Numbered from the stretch's first letter, positions 8,618-16,741 are shown. The stretch is DNA of 24,000 nucleotides from Candidatus Scatosoma sp. (GCA_045127595.1 JBGVQS010000027.1:42447-66446), one strand, 5' to 3'. Notes: generated by a model from the sequence alone, not told the origin. Program-made: numbers and translations.

Positions 8618-10195
8618 ATGTTACAGGTAACGGGGGTATCCCTGCAATACGGAAGTAAAAAATTATTTGAAGACGTGAATTTGAAATTTACGAAAGGCAA
8701 CTGCTACGGCATAATCGGCGCAAACGGCGCGGGAAAATCGACTTTCTTAAAAGTGCTTTCCGGGGAAATTGAACCGCAAAAAGGGTTTGTTTCCATGGAT
8801 AAAAACGAACGTATGTCCGTTTTACAGCAAAACCAAAATATGTACGATAACGAAACTGTATTGCGTACGGTAATGCTTGGTTTTAAACGCCTTGTCGAAG
8901 TGATGGATGAAAAGGACGCTTTGTACGCAAAGCCCGATTTTTCTGAAGAAGACGGGGTGCGTGCAGCCGATCTTGAAAGCGAATTTGCCGAAATGAACGG
9001 CTATGATGCGGAGTTTCAAGCGGCGCAGCTTTTAAATGCTTTGGATATTTCCGAAGATTTACATTATTGTATGATGAGCGAGTTGGACGCGAAACAAAAG
9101 GTTCGCGTGCTTTTGGCACAAGCATTATTCGGCGATCCTGACGTATTATTATTGGACGAACCTACGAACAACCTTGACATTAAGACGGTGCGTTGGTTGG
9201 AAAACTATTTAATGGATTTTGAAAACACGATTATTATCGTATCGCACAATCGACACTTCTTAAACAAGGTTTGTACCAACATTTGCGACGTGGATTTCGG
9301 GAAAATCAATATGTACGTGGGTAACTACGATTTTTGGTATCAAACGAGCCAACTCCTTGCCCGCCAACAAAAGGAACAGAATAAGAAAGCGGAACAACGC
9401 GCGAAAGAATTGCAAGAATTTATCGCTCGCTTTGCCGCAAACGCGTCAAAATCCCGTCAAGCAACTTCGCGTAAAAAAGAACTTGAAAAGCTCACGATCA
9501 ACGATTTTAAACCGTCTTTGCGTAAATATCCCTATATCGATTTTAAATTCGAAAAAGATATTGGGAACGACATTTTAATCGTAGAAGATTTGACGAAAGA
9601 AGGCTATTTTGAAAAGCTTTCGTTTACCGTACAAAAGGGCGAAAAAATCGGTATCGTTTCGGATAAGAGTACTACGCTTACCATGCTTTACGATATTTTG
9701 ATGGGCAAGGAACAACCCGATTCGGGTACGATTAAATGGGGGAAGACCATTTCCGTTTCCTATTTCCCGCAAAATAATAACGAATACTTTATCAATTGCG
9801 ATTTGAATCTTGTCGAGTGGCTTTCGCAATTCTCCAACGACCATTACGAAGAATATTTGCGTGGCTGGCTTGGTAGAATGCTCTTTTCAGGGGAAGAAGC
9901 TCTCAAAAAAGCAAAAGTGCTTTCTGGGGGCGAAAAAGTTCGCTGTATGCTTGCGAAAATGATGCTTGAAGGCAGCAATTTCCTGATTTTTGACGAACCG
10001 ACCAACCACCTTGACTTGGAATCGATTACGGCGCTCAATAACGGTTTAACCAACTATAAAGGCTGCATGTTGTTGACTTCTCACGACCAAGAATTGATGA
10101 ATACCGTTGCAAACCGTATCATCGAACTCAATAACGTGAAAACGTACGATAGACAGGTTACTTACGACGAATATATCGACGAGACGCACGCTTAA
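8618..10195 (+). CDS. ABC-F family ATPase (two NBDs, no TMD), YbiT-like
   Basis: NBD1 has GANGAGKST, a diverged signature position MSELDAKQKVRV (no LSGG) and LLLDEPTNNLD. A charged linker follows (QQKEQNKKAEQRAKELQEFIARFAANASKSRQATSRKKELEKL). NBD2 has LSGGEKVRCMLA and LIFDEPTNHLD. It is colinear end to end with E. coli YbiT as I recall that sequence. Confidence 0.9.
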   Translation: MLQVTGVSLQYGSKKLFEDVNLKFTKGNCYGIIGANGAGKSTFLKVLSGEIEPQKGFVSMDKNERMSVLQQNQNMYDNETVLRTVMLGFKRLVEVMDEKDALYAKPDFSEEDGVRAADLESEFAEMNGYDAEFQAAQLLNALDISEDLHYCMMSELDAKQKVRVLLAQALFGDPDVLLLDEPTNNLDIKTVRWLENYLMDFENTIIIVSHNRHFLNKVCTNICDVDFGKINMYVGNYDFWYQTSQLLARQQKEQNKKAEQRAKELQEFIARFAANASKSRQATSRKKELEKLTINDFKPSLRKYPYIDFKFEKDIGNDILIVEDLTKEGYFEKLSFTVQKGEKIGIVSDKSTTLTMLYDILMGKEQPDSGTIKWGKTISVSYFPQNNNEYFINCDLNLVEWLSQFSNDHYEEYLRGWLGRMLFSGEEALKKAKVLSGGEKVRCMLAKMMLEGSNFLIFDEPTNHLDLESITALNNGLTNYKGCMLLTSHDQELMNTVANRIIELNNVKTYDRQVTYDEYIDETHA

Positions 10196-10210
10196 ACGAC
10201 AAATAAAACG

Positions 10211-10250
10211 AAAAGACAACGGTTATTTCTTCATCGTTGTCTTTTATTTT
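10211..10250 (+). terminator. Rho-independent terminator after the ABC-F gene
   Basis: Perfect 11-bp stem AAAAGACAACG (10211-10221) / CGTTGTCTTTT (10235-10245), followed by TTTATTTT. Confidence 0.75.
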
Positions 10251-10256
10251 ACCTTC

Positions 10257-10263
10257 TTCGACA
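10257..10263 (-). promoter_or_regulatory. Consensus 0A box (TGTCGAA) upstream of spo0A
   Basis: The + strand reads TTCGACA, the exact reverse complement of the B. subtilis Spo0A-binding consensus TGTCGAA. It lies about 95 nt upstream of the predicted -10. Confidence 0.4.
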
Positions 10264-10266
10264 ATA

Positions 10267-10328
10267 TTTTACAATATTATTGAAAAATAGTCATAAAATA
10301 TTAAAAAATATTTTTCAATATTGTAAAA
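10267..10328. repeat. AT-rich imperfect inverted repeat in the spo0A upstream region
   Basis: The left arm TTTTACAATATTATTGAAAAATA (10267-10289) pairs with the right arm TATTTTTCAATATTGTAAAA (10309-10328) apart from a 3-nt indel. The octamer ACAATATT occurs at 10261, at 10271 and inverted at 10317. Confidence 0.6.
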
Positions 10329-10334
10329 TAATGC

Positions 10335-10363
10335 TTTACAGTTGGGATTTTTTGTTGTATAAT
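10335..10363 (+). promoter_or_regulatory. Sigma-A-type promoter for spo0A
   Basis: TTTACA (10335-10340), 17-nt spacer, TATAAT (10358-10363). An AAGGAG RBS precedes ATG 10408. Confidence 0.5.
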
Positions 10364-10407
10364 AGAAACACTTCCATTGGAAAAGCAAAGAAAAAGGAGT
10401 AGAAAAT

Positions 10408-11169
10408 ATGCGTACGAATTCAATCGTAATATTAGAATTAAACGCGGCTGTATTAGAGCAGTTAAAAGAAGCGTTAAGCAATCATGAAGAATTCAAAATT
10501 TTATATGCGGGCGACGATGGAGACGAAGGCATCAAAAAGATATTGCATCTAAAGCCTGATCTTGTGATTACGGGTATGTTTTTAAAGGGAACGGACGGTT
10601 GCGGAGTAATACATACGGTTAAGAAAACGTGGGCGGACGCAAAAATTATCGCAACGGGCGCACCGAACGATTCGCTCATTGAGCGCGCAATGAATGAGGG
10701 TGCGGCGTATTATTTGGTGAAACCGTTCAGTATTGACGCAGCGATAGAACGTATCCGTGATATTTTGAAAGAGAAAAATGAAAAGAATAAAAACGTGGCG
10801 ATTGGAAGGCGTAAAGCCGTTACGATTGATGAAAAGATCAGTGAAATATTTATTTCGATCGGAATTCCGCCGCATATCAAAGGTTACGGATATTTGCGCG
10901 AAGGGATAAAAATGACGATTGAACGTCCGAATATCATCAATAGCGTTACGAAGGAGCTATATCCATCGATCGCGAAGCGGTTTTCTACGACTTCGAGCAA
11001 AGTGGAGCGTGCCATTCGGCATGCGATAGAAGTGGCATGGAATCGCGGGAGAATTGACGCGATTAACGCTATATTTGGCGCAAGGATATATTTGGGTGCG
11101 GAAAAACCAACGAACAGCGAATTTATTGCGCTCGTTGCGGACAAATTGATTTTAGAAAATATGTTATAA
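10408..11169 (+). CDS. spo0A: Sporulation master regulator Spo0A homologue with an atypical (Asp-less) receiver domain
   Basis: The C-terminal Spo0A-specific DNA-binding domain is present: GIPPHIKGYGYLREGI, SKVERAIRHAIEVAWNRG, KPTNSEFIALVADKL. The N-terminal CheY-like receiver retains the conserved Thr (IIATGA) and Lys (LVKPF). Confidence 0.9.
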   Translation: MRTNSIVILELNAAVLEQLKEALSNHEEFKILYAGDDGDEGIKKILHLKPDLVITGMFLKGTDGCGVIHTVKKTWADAKIIATGAPNDSLIERAMNEGAAYYLVKPFSIDAAIERIRDILKEKNEKNKNVAIGRRKAVTIDEKISEIFISIGIPPHIKGYGYLREGIKMTIERPNIINSVTKELYPSIAKRFSTTSSKVERAIRHAIEVAWNRGRIDAINAIFGARIYLGAEKPTNSEFIALVADKLILENML

Positions 11170-11172
11170 AAG

Positions 11173-11200
11173 AAGAACGGCTGAAAAACAGCCGTTCTTT
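11173..11200 (+). terminator. Hairpin terminator after spo0A
   Basis: 11-bp stem AAGAACGGCTG (11173-11183) / CAGCCGTTCTT (11189-11199) with loop AAAAA. The T-tail is short and partly inside the stem. Confidence 0.55.
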
Positions 11201-11227
11201 GACGTTGTAGCCTTTAGCGGAAAACAA

Positions 11228-11246
11228 CCACCACTTGAAGTGGTGG
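11228..11246 (+). repeat. Left-end subterminal hairpin of the IS200-type element
   Basis: Perfect 7-bp stem CCACCAC/GTGGTGG with loop TTGAA. Confidence 0.7.
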
Positions 11247-11270
11247 AATAAAAAATGCTTTAGCAAAAGT

Positions 11271-11331
11271 AATCCTCCTGTGTTATAATAAAGTGGGTTT
11301 GCCGACCACAAATAAACAACACAGGAGGATT
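11271..11331 (+). promoter_or_regulatory. 14-bp perfect inverted repeat able to sequester the tnpA Shine-Dalgarno; the loop carries a putative tnpA promoter -10
   Basis: AATCCTCCTGTGTT (11271-11284) pairs with AACACAGGAGGATT (11318-11331), and the right arm contains the AGGAGG RBS 5 nt upstream of ATG 11336. TGTTATAAT (11281-11289) is an extended -10 that starts in the left arm and runs into the loop. Confidence 0.6.
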
Positions 11332-11335
11332 AGTC

Positions 11336-11806
11336 ATGACTGACACAAATAGTTTATCACATACCAAATGGAATTGCAAGTATCATATCGTATTTTGTCC
11401 AAAATATCGTAGACAAGAAATATACGGTAAGATAAAAGAAGACGTAGGGAAGATACTTCGAAAATTGTGCGAAGCGAAAGGAGTAGAAATTATAGAGGCG
11501 GAAGCATGTCCAGACCATATACATATGTTGGTGTCAATACCGCCCCATTTGAGCGTAGCACAATTTATGGGATATCTGAAAGGTAAAAGTTCACTGATGA
11601 TTTTCGATAGGCGCGCAAACTTAAAATACAAATACGGAAATAGGCATTTTTGGTGTCGTGGGTATTATGTAGATACAGTAGGCAGAAACGAAAAGAAGAT
11701 ATCGGAATATGTAAGGAATCAGTTGCAGGAAGATATAGTAGCCGACCAACTGAGTTTGAAAGAATACATAGACCCGTTTACGGGTAGCAAGAATAGCAAG
11801 GCATAA
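11336..11806 (+). CDS. tnpA: IS200/IS605 family Y1 (HUH) transposase TnpA
   Basis: 156 aa. It has the block SHTKWNCKYHIVFCPKYRR, the HUH motif (PDHIHMLVSIPP) and the C-terminal catalytic Tyr region (SEYVRNQ). Confidence 0.93.
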   Translation: MTDTNSLSHTKWNCKYHIVFCPKYRRQEIYGKIKEDVGKILRKLCEAKGVEIIEAEACPDHIHMLVSIPPHLSVAQFMGYLKGKSSLMIFDRRANLKYKYGNRHFWCRGYYVDTVGRNEKKISEYVRNQLQEDIVADQLSLKEYIDPFTGSKNSKA

Positions 11807-11811
11807 AAAGA

Positions 11812-11931
11812 CAGCCGCTTTAGCGGCTGCCTGAGATAGTTTGCGGTTGGCAAACCTTTCAATGAGCCTTTAGGCTCAGCCAGTATTATGCCCTTGAAGG
11901 GCCAGTGCATACCACCAGTTGAACTGGTGGT
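11812..11931 (+). repeat. Array of five consecutive stem-loops forming the IS right end
   Basis: The stems are 11812-11829 (CAGCCGC/TTTA/GCGGCTG), 11839-11855 (GTTTGC/GGTTG/GCAAAC), 11863-11878 (TGAGCC/TTTA/GGCTCA), 11890-11902 (GCCC/TTGAA/GGGC) and 11911-11931 (ACCACCAGTT/G/AACTGGTGGT). Confidence 0.7.
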
Positions 11932-11951
11932 TTTGATTTAATTGTTTTCAA

Positions 11952-13592
<1,641 letters not shown>

Positions 13593-13603
13593 TTACTCTA
13601 TTT

Positions 13604-13891
13604 TCAGTCTTCTACGATTGCCAAAATATCGCTTTGCTTGATAATCGTAAATTCTTTACCATTTACTTTAAAATTAGAACCTGCATAATTTGCGCAAAGT
13701 ACTTTGTCGCCGACTTTTACCTGCATAACGATTTCTTTGCCGTCGATAATACCGCCCGGACCTACTGCTACAACTTGGCAGGTTTGGGGCTTTTCTTGCG
13801 CGGAAGTAGGGAGAAAGAATCCACTTTTCGTCTTTTCTTCCGTCGTAACGCTTTCAACGACTACTTTGTCAAATAAGGGTTTGATATTCAT
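13604..13891 (-). CDS. groS: Co-chaperonin GroES (10 kDa)
   Basis: 95 aa beginning MNIKPLFDKVVVE. It sits 23 nt upstream of groEL on the same strand, with a GGAGGA RBS. Confidence 0.95.
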   Translation of the reverse strand: MNIKPLFDKVVVESVTTEEKTKSGFFLPTSAQEKPQTCQVVAVGPGGIIDGKEIVMQVKVGDKVLCANYAGSNFKVNGKEFTIIKQSDILAIVED

Positions 13892-13945
13892 AATGTATCC
13901 TCCGATATTGCGGTAAAAAAACCGCCGATTTTTTTATACGAATAT

Positions 13946-13973
13946 ATTATAACCATTTTTTACCGTTCGTCAA
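13946..13973 (-). promoter_or_regulatory. Sigma-A-type promoter of groES-groEL
   Basis: On the - strand: TTGACG (13968-13973), 16-nt spacer, TATAAT (13946-13951). Confidence 0.5.
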
Positions 13974-14008
13974 ACAGAAAAAAGAAAATAAATTGCGTTT
14001 TTCTGTTT
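13972..14008. repeat. Perfect 11-bp inverted repeat abutting the groES -35
   Basis: AAACAGAAAAA (13972-13982) and TTTTTCTGTTT (13998-14008) are separated by 15 nt. The left arm overlaps the -35 hexamer by 2 nt. Confidence 0.6.
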
Positions 14009-14065
14009 TTTTATAAAAAAACAAAAAGAAAAGGGCGAGGAATTGAAAAAATCCTTTTGAAAGAA

Positions 14066-14094
14066 TTGATTTTCAGGGAAATAAGTGTTATAAT
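14066..14094 (+). promoter_or_regulatory. Sigma-A-type promoter (extended -10) for the dCMP deaminase-cyclophilin-purB block
   Basis: TTGATT (14066-14071), 17-nt spacer, TGTTATAAT (14086-14094). Confidence 0.55.
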
Positions 14095-14123
14095 ATAAAA
14101 TGACTTATTGCGTATAAGGAGTA

Positions 14124-14606
14124 ATGTTTTTTATGGCTTCGGCAAAATGGGATAAACGTTTTATGGATCTAGCGGAAACGGTAGCGACTTGGTCAAGCTG
14201 TTTTCAGGAAAACCGCCACGTAGGCGCAATTATCGTAAAAGATAAAAAGGTCATGACGACTGGTTATAACGGCGCGCCCGCAGGAATTAAAAACTGCGAA
14301 GAAAAAGGCGAATGTTTACGTAGAAAACTCAATATTGAAAGCGGTACGAAGCACGAACTTTGCTTTGCCGTTCATGCGGAACAAAACGCAGTGATCCAAG
14401 CGGCGCGTTATGGAATCAACATCAACGGCGCAACCTTATATTGTACGCACCAACCCTGCGTGATATGCGCAAAAATCATCATCAACGCAGGCATTACGCG
14501 CGTTGTATATAAAAACGGCTATCCCGACGAATTTTCGTTGCAGCTTTTTCAAGAAGCCAACGTTACGGTTGAAAAATATCAAGATAATGAGGAGATAAAC
14601 GTATGA
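14124..14606 (+). CDS. Deoxycytidylate (dCMP) deaminase, ComEB-type cytidine/deoxycytidylate deaminase family
   Basis: Zinc motifs HAEQNA and PCVICAK with the spacing typical of dCMP deaminases. The start is ambiguous between ATG 14124 (2 nt after the AAGGAG RBS) and ATG 14133 (11 nt after it). Confidence 0.85.
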   Translation: MFFMASAKWDKRFMDLAETVATWSSCFQENRHVGAIIVKDKKVMTTGYNGAPAGIKNCEEKGECLRRKLNIESGTKHELCFAVHAEQNAVIQAARYGININGATLYCTHQPCVICAKIIINAGITRVVYKNGYPDEFSLQLFQEANVTVEKYQDNEEINV

Positions 14607-15124
14607 ACAACCCGATTATAACTTTTGAAATGGAAAACGGCAAAATATTTAAAGCGGAGCTCTATCCCGAAAAAGCGCCTAATACCGTCAATAACTTTCT
14701 TTCACTCGTCAATAAAGGATTTTATAACGGTGTCATTTTTCATCGCGTAATCGCGGGATTTATGATTCAAGGCGGAGATCCCGACGGGCGCGGTACGGGC
14801 GGTCCAGGTTATCGTATTAAAGGGGAATTTTTCGCGAACGGTTTCAAAGAAAACGACATTACGCACGAACGAGGCGTTCTTTCCATGGCAAGGGCGCAGG
14901 ATTTCAATTCCGCAGGCTCGCAGTTTTTCGTTATGCATGACGTTGCGGAGTATCTCGACGGACAGTATGCGGCGTTTGGACGAATCATTGAAGGCATGGA
15001 TGTCGTTGACGAAATTGCCACGACGAAAACCGATTGGTACGATCGTCCCTATGAAGATCAAGTTATGAAAAACGTTACTGCAGAAACGTTTGGCGTTGCT
15101 TATGCAGAGCCTATTAAGGCATAA
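14603..15124 (+). CDS. ppiB: Cyclophilin-type peptidyl-prolyl cis-trans isomerase
   Basis: Contains FHRVIAGFMIQGGDP and GSQFFV blocks. Its start overlaps the upstream gene by 4 nt. Confidence 0.92.
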   Translation: MNNPIITFEMENGKIFKAELYPEKAPNTVNNFLSLVNKGFYNGVIFHRVIAGFMIQGGDPDGRGTGGPGYRIKGEFFANGFKENDITHERGVLSMARAQDFNSAGSQFFVMHDVAEYLDGQYAAFGRIIEGMDVVDEIATTKTDWYDRPYEDQVMKNVTAETFGVAYAEPIKA

Positions 15125-15136
15125 AGAGAGAAGATT

Positions 15137-16573
15137 ATGACCGATTACAGTATTTACAATAATCCGTTGGTTACGCGCTATGCCAGCAAAGAAATGCAGC
15201 ATGCGTTCTCCGACGAAAAACGTTTTAAGCTTTGGCGTAAGCTTTGGGTAGCTCTTGCCGAATCGGAAATGGAGTTGGGTCTCAATGTTACGGAAGAACA
15301 GGTAGCCGAGTTAAAGCAATACGCAGACGATATCGATTACGAATTAGCGGCAAAGTTTGAACGAGAAGTTCGCCACGACGTTATGGCGCACGTAAAGGCG
15401 TACGGGGAATATGCAAAAAAAGCAATGCCCATCATTCATCTTGGCGCAACGAGTTGCTTTGTCAACTGTAACGCCGAGGCGATGATGCTTTACGACGCAC
15501 TGGAAATTATTCTTAAAAAGCTTGTCAATGTCATTGAAAAATTAAAGAATTTTGCTTTAAAGTATAAGGATTTGCCGACGCTTGGTTTTACACATTTACA
15601 GCCCGCACAGCTCACGACGGTAGGGAAACGCGCTACCTTATGGTTGCAGGATTTGGAAATGGATTACGTGAACTTGATGCATGCAAGGGAAAATATCAAA
15701 CTTCGCGGGGTAAAAGGCACAACGGGTACGCAAGCTAGCTTTTTAGAGCTTTTCAACGGCGATGAAAGTAAGGTAAAAGCGCTTGAAAATAAGGTTTTGG
15801 AAAAGCTCGGGTACGACAAGGTGTACGGCGTAACGGGACAAACCTATCCAAGAAAGCTCGATTATAATATACTTTGTGTACTTTCGCAAATTGCGCAAAG
15901 CTCCTATAAATTCTCCAACGATATTCGTCTTTTGCAAAGTATGAAAGAAATCGAAGAACCGTTTGAAAAGAAACAAATCGGGTCTTCGGCAATGGCGTAC
16001 AAACGCAATCCTATGCGTACGGAACGTATCGGTGCTTTGGCAAGATACGTGATCTCTTTGCCTATGAACAGCGCTTTGACCGCTTCGACTCAATGGTTTG
16101 AACGTACCTTGGACGACTCGGCAAACCGTCGTATTGTCAATGCACAGGCGTTTATGGCAGTAGACGCGATCTTGAATATTTATATGAACGTTGCGGAAAA
16201 TTTGGTCGTTTACGAAAAGGTAATCGCAAAGCACATTCGTGCGGAATTACCGTTTATGGCAACGGAAAATATTATGATGGGTTGCGTAAAAGCTGGCGGT
16301 AACCGTCAAGAACTCCATGAACGTATTCGCGTGCTTTCCATGGAAGCGGGGAAAAACGTAAAAGTGGAAGGCGGAGAAAATAATTTGATTGAACTCATTA
16401 AAAATGATGAAATGTTCAAGCCTGTTTGGGGGCAACTTGACGAGATTTTAGACGCTAAAAACTTCATTGGAAGAGCACCTTCTCAAACGGTAGAATTTAT
16501 TCAAAACGAAATTGAACCGATATTAAATAAGCATGCTCAGTGGCTTGGTAAAACGGGCGACGTGCGCATTTAA
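15137..16573 (+). CDS. purB: Adenylosuccinate lyase
   Basis: 478 aa with the fumarate-lyase signature GSSAMAYKRNP and the typical N-terminus (YxNPLxxRYASxEM). Confidence 0.95.
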   Translation: MTDYSIYNNPLVTRYASKEMQHAFSDEKRFKLWRKLWVALAESEMELGLNVTEEQVAELKQYADDIDYELAAKFEREVRHDVMAHVKAYGEYAKKAMPIIHLGATSCFVNCNAEAMMLYDALEIILKKLVNVIEKLKNFALKYKDLPTLGFTHLQPAQLTTVGKRATLWLQDLEMDYVNLMHARENIKLRGVKGTTGTQASFLELFNGDESKVKALENKVLEKLGYDKVYGVTGQTYPRKLDYNILCVLSQIAQSSYKFSNDIRLLQSMKEIEEPFEKKQIGSSAMAYKRNPMRTERIGALARYVISLPMNSALTASTQWFERTLDDSANRRIVNAQAFMAVDAILNIYMNVAENLVVYEKVIAKHIRAELPFMATENIMMGCVKAGGNRQELHERIRVLSMEAGKNVKVEGGENNLIELIKNDEMFKPVWGQLDEILDAKNFIGRAPSQTVEFIQNEIEPILNKHAQWLGKTGDVRI

Positions 16574-16582
16574 GGGGAAAAA

Positions 16583-16741
16583 ATGAAAAAGAAACTGATG
16601 ATATTATCGCTTTGCTGTTGTTTGTTTGTCGCGATTTGCGGAATCTTTTCTTCTTGTATGTTGAGCGAACCTGAACAGCCTTCTACAAGCAAAAATTCGG
16701 CGGTAAACGGCGATACGGATTCTTGGACGGGGAATTATTAA
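16583..16741 (+). CDS. Small ORF (52 aa) missing from the supplied track: signal-peptide/lipoprotein-like N-terminus plus a short polar tail
   Basis: My translation is MKKKLMILSLCCCLFVAICGIFSSCMLSEPEQPSTSKNSAVNGDTDSWTGNY, ending at TAA 16739-16741. An AGGGGA RBS lies 5 nt upstream of the ATG. The ORF exactly fills the gap between purB and the next gene. Coding status is not proven. Confidence 0.45.
   Translation: MKKKLMILSLCCCLFVAICGIFSSCMLSEPEQPSTSKNSAVNGDTDSWTGNY

Larger units (their letters stand above)
11206..11936 (+). mobile_element. IS200-type insertion sequence (IS200/IS605 family, tnpA only); ends approximate
   Basis: About 730 bp with a single Y1-transposase ORF. Related subterminal hairpins flank it: LE CCACCAC-TTGAA-GTGGTGG and RE CCACCAG-TTGAA-CTGGTGG. 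There are no terminal inverted repeats, as expected for this family. It lies between the convergent genes spo0A and groEL. Confidence 0.8.

Noticed and set aside
13892-13975. CIRCE/HrcA operator upstream of groES
   Set aside because: I looked for TTAGCACTC and GAGTGCTAA half-sites on both strands and found none. The absence is reported as a finding rather than annotating an operator.
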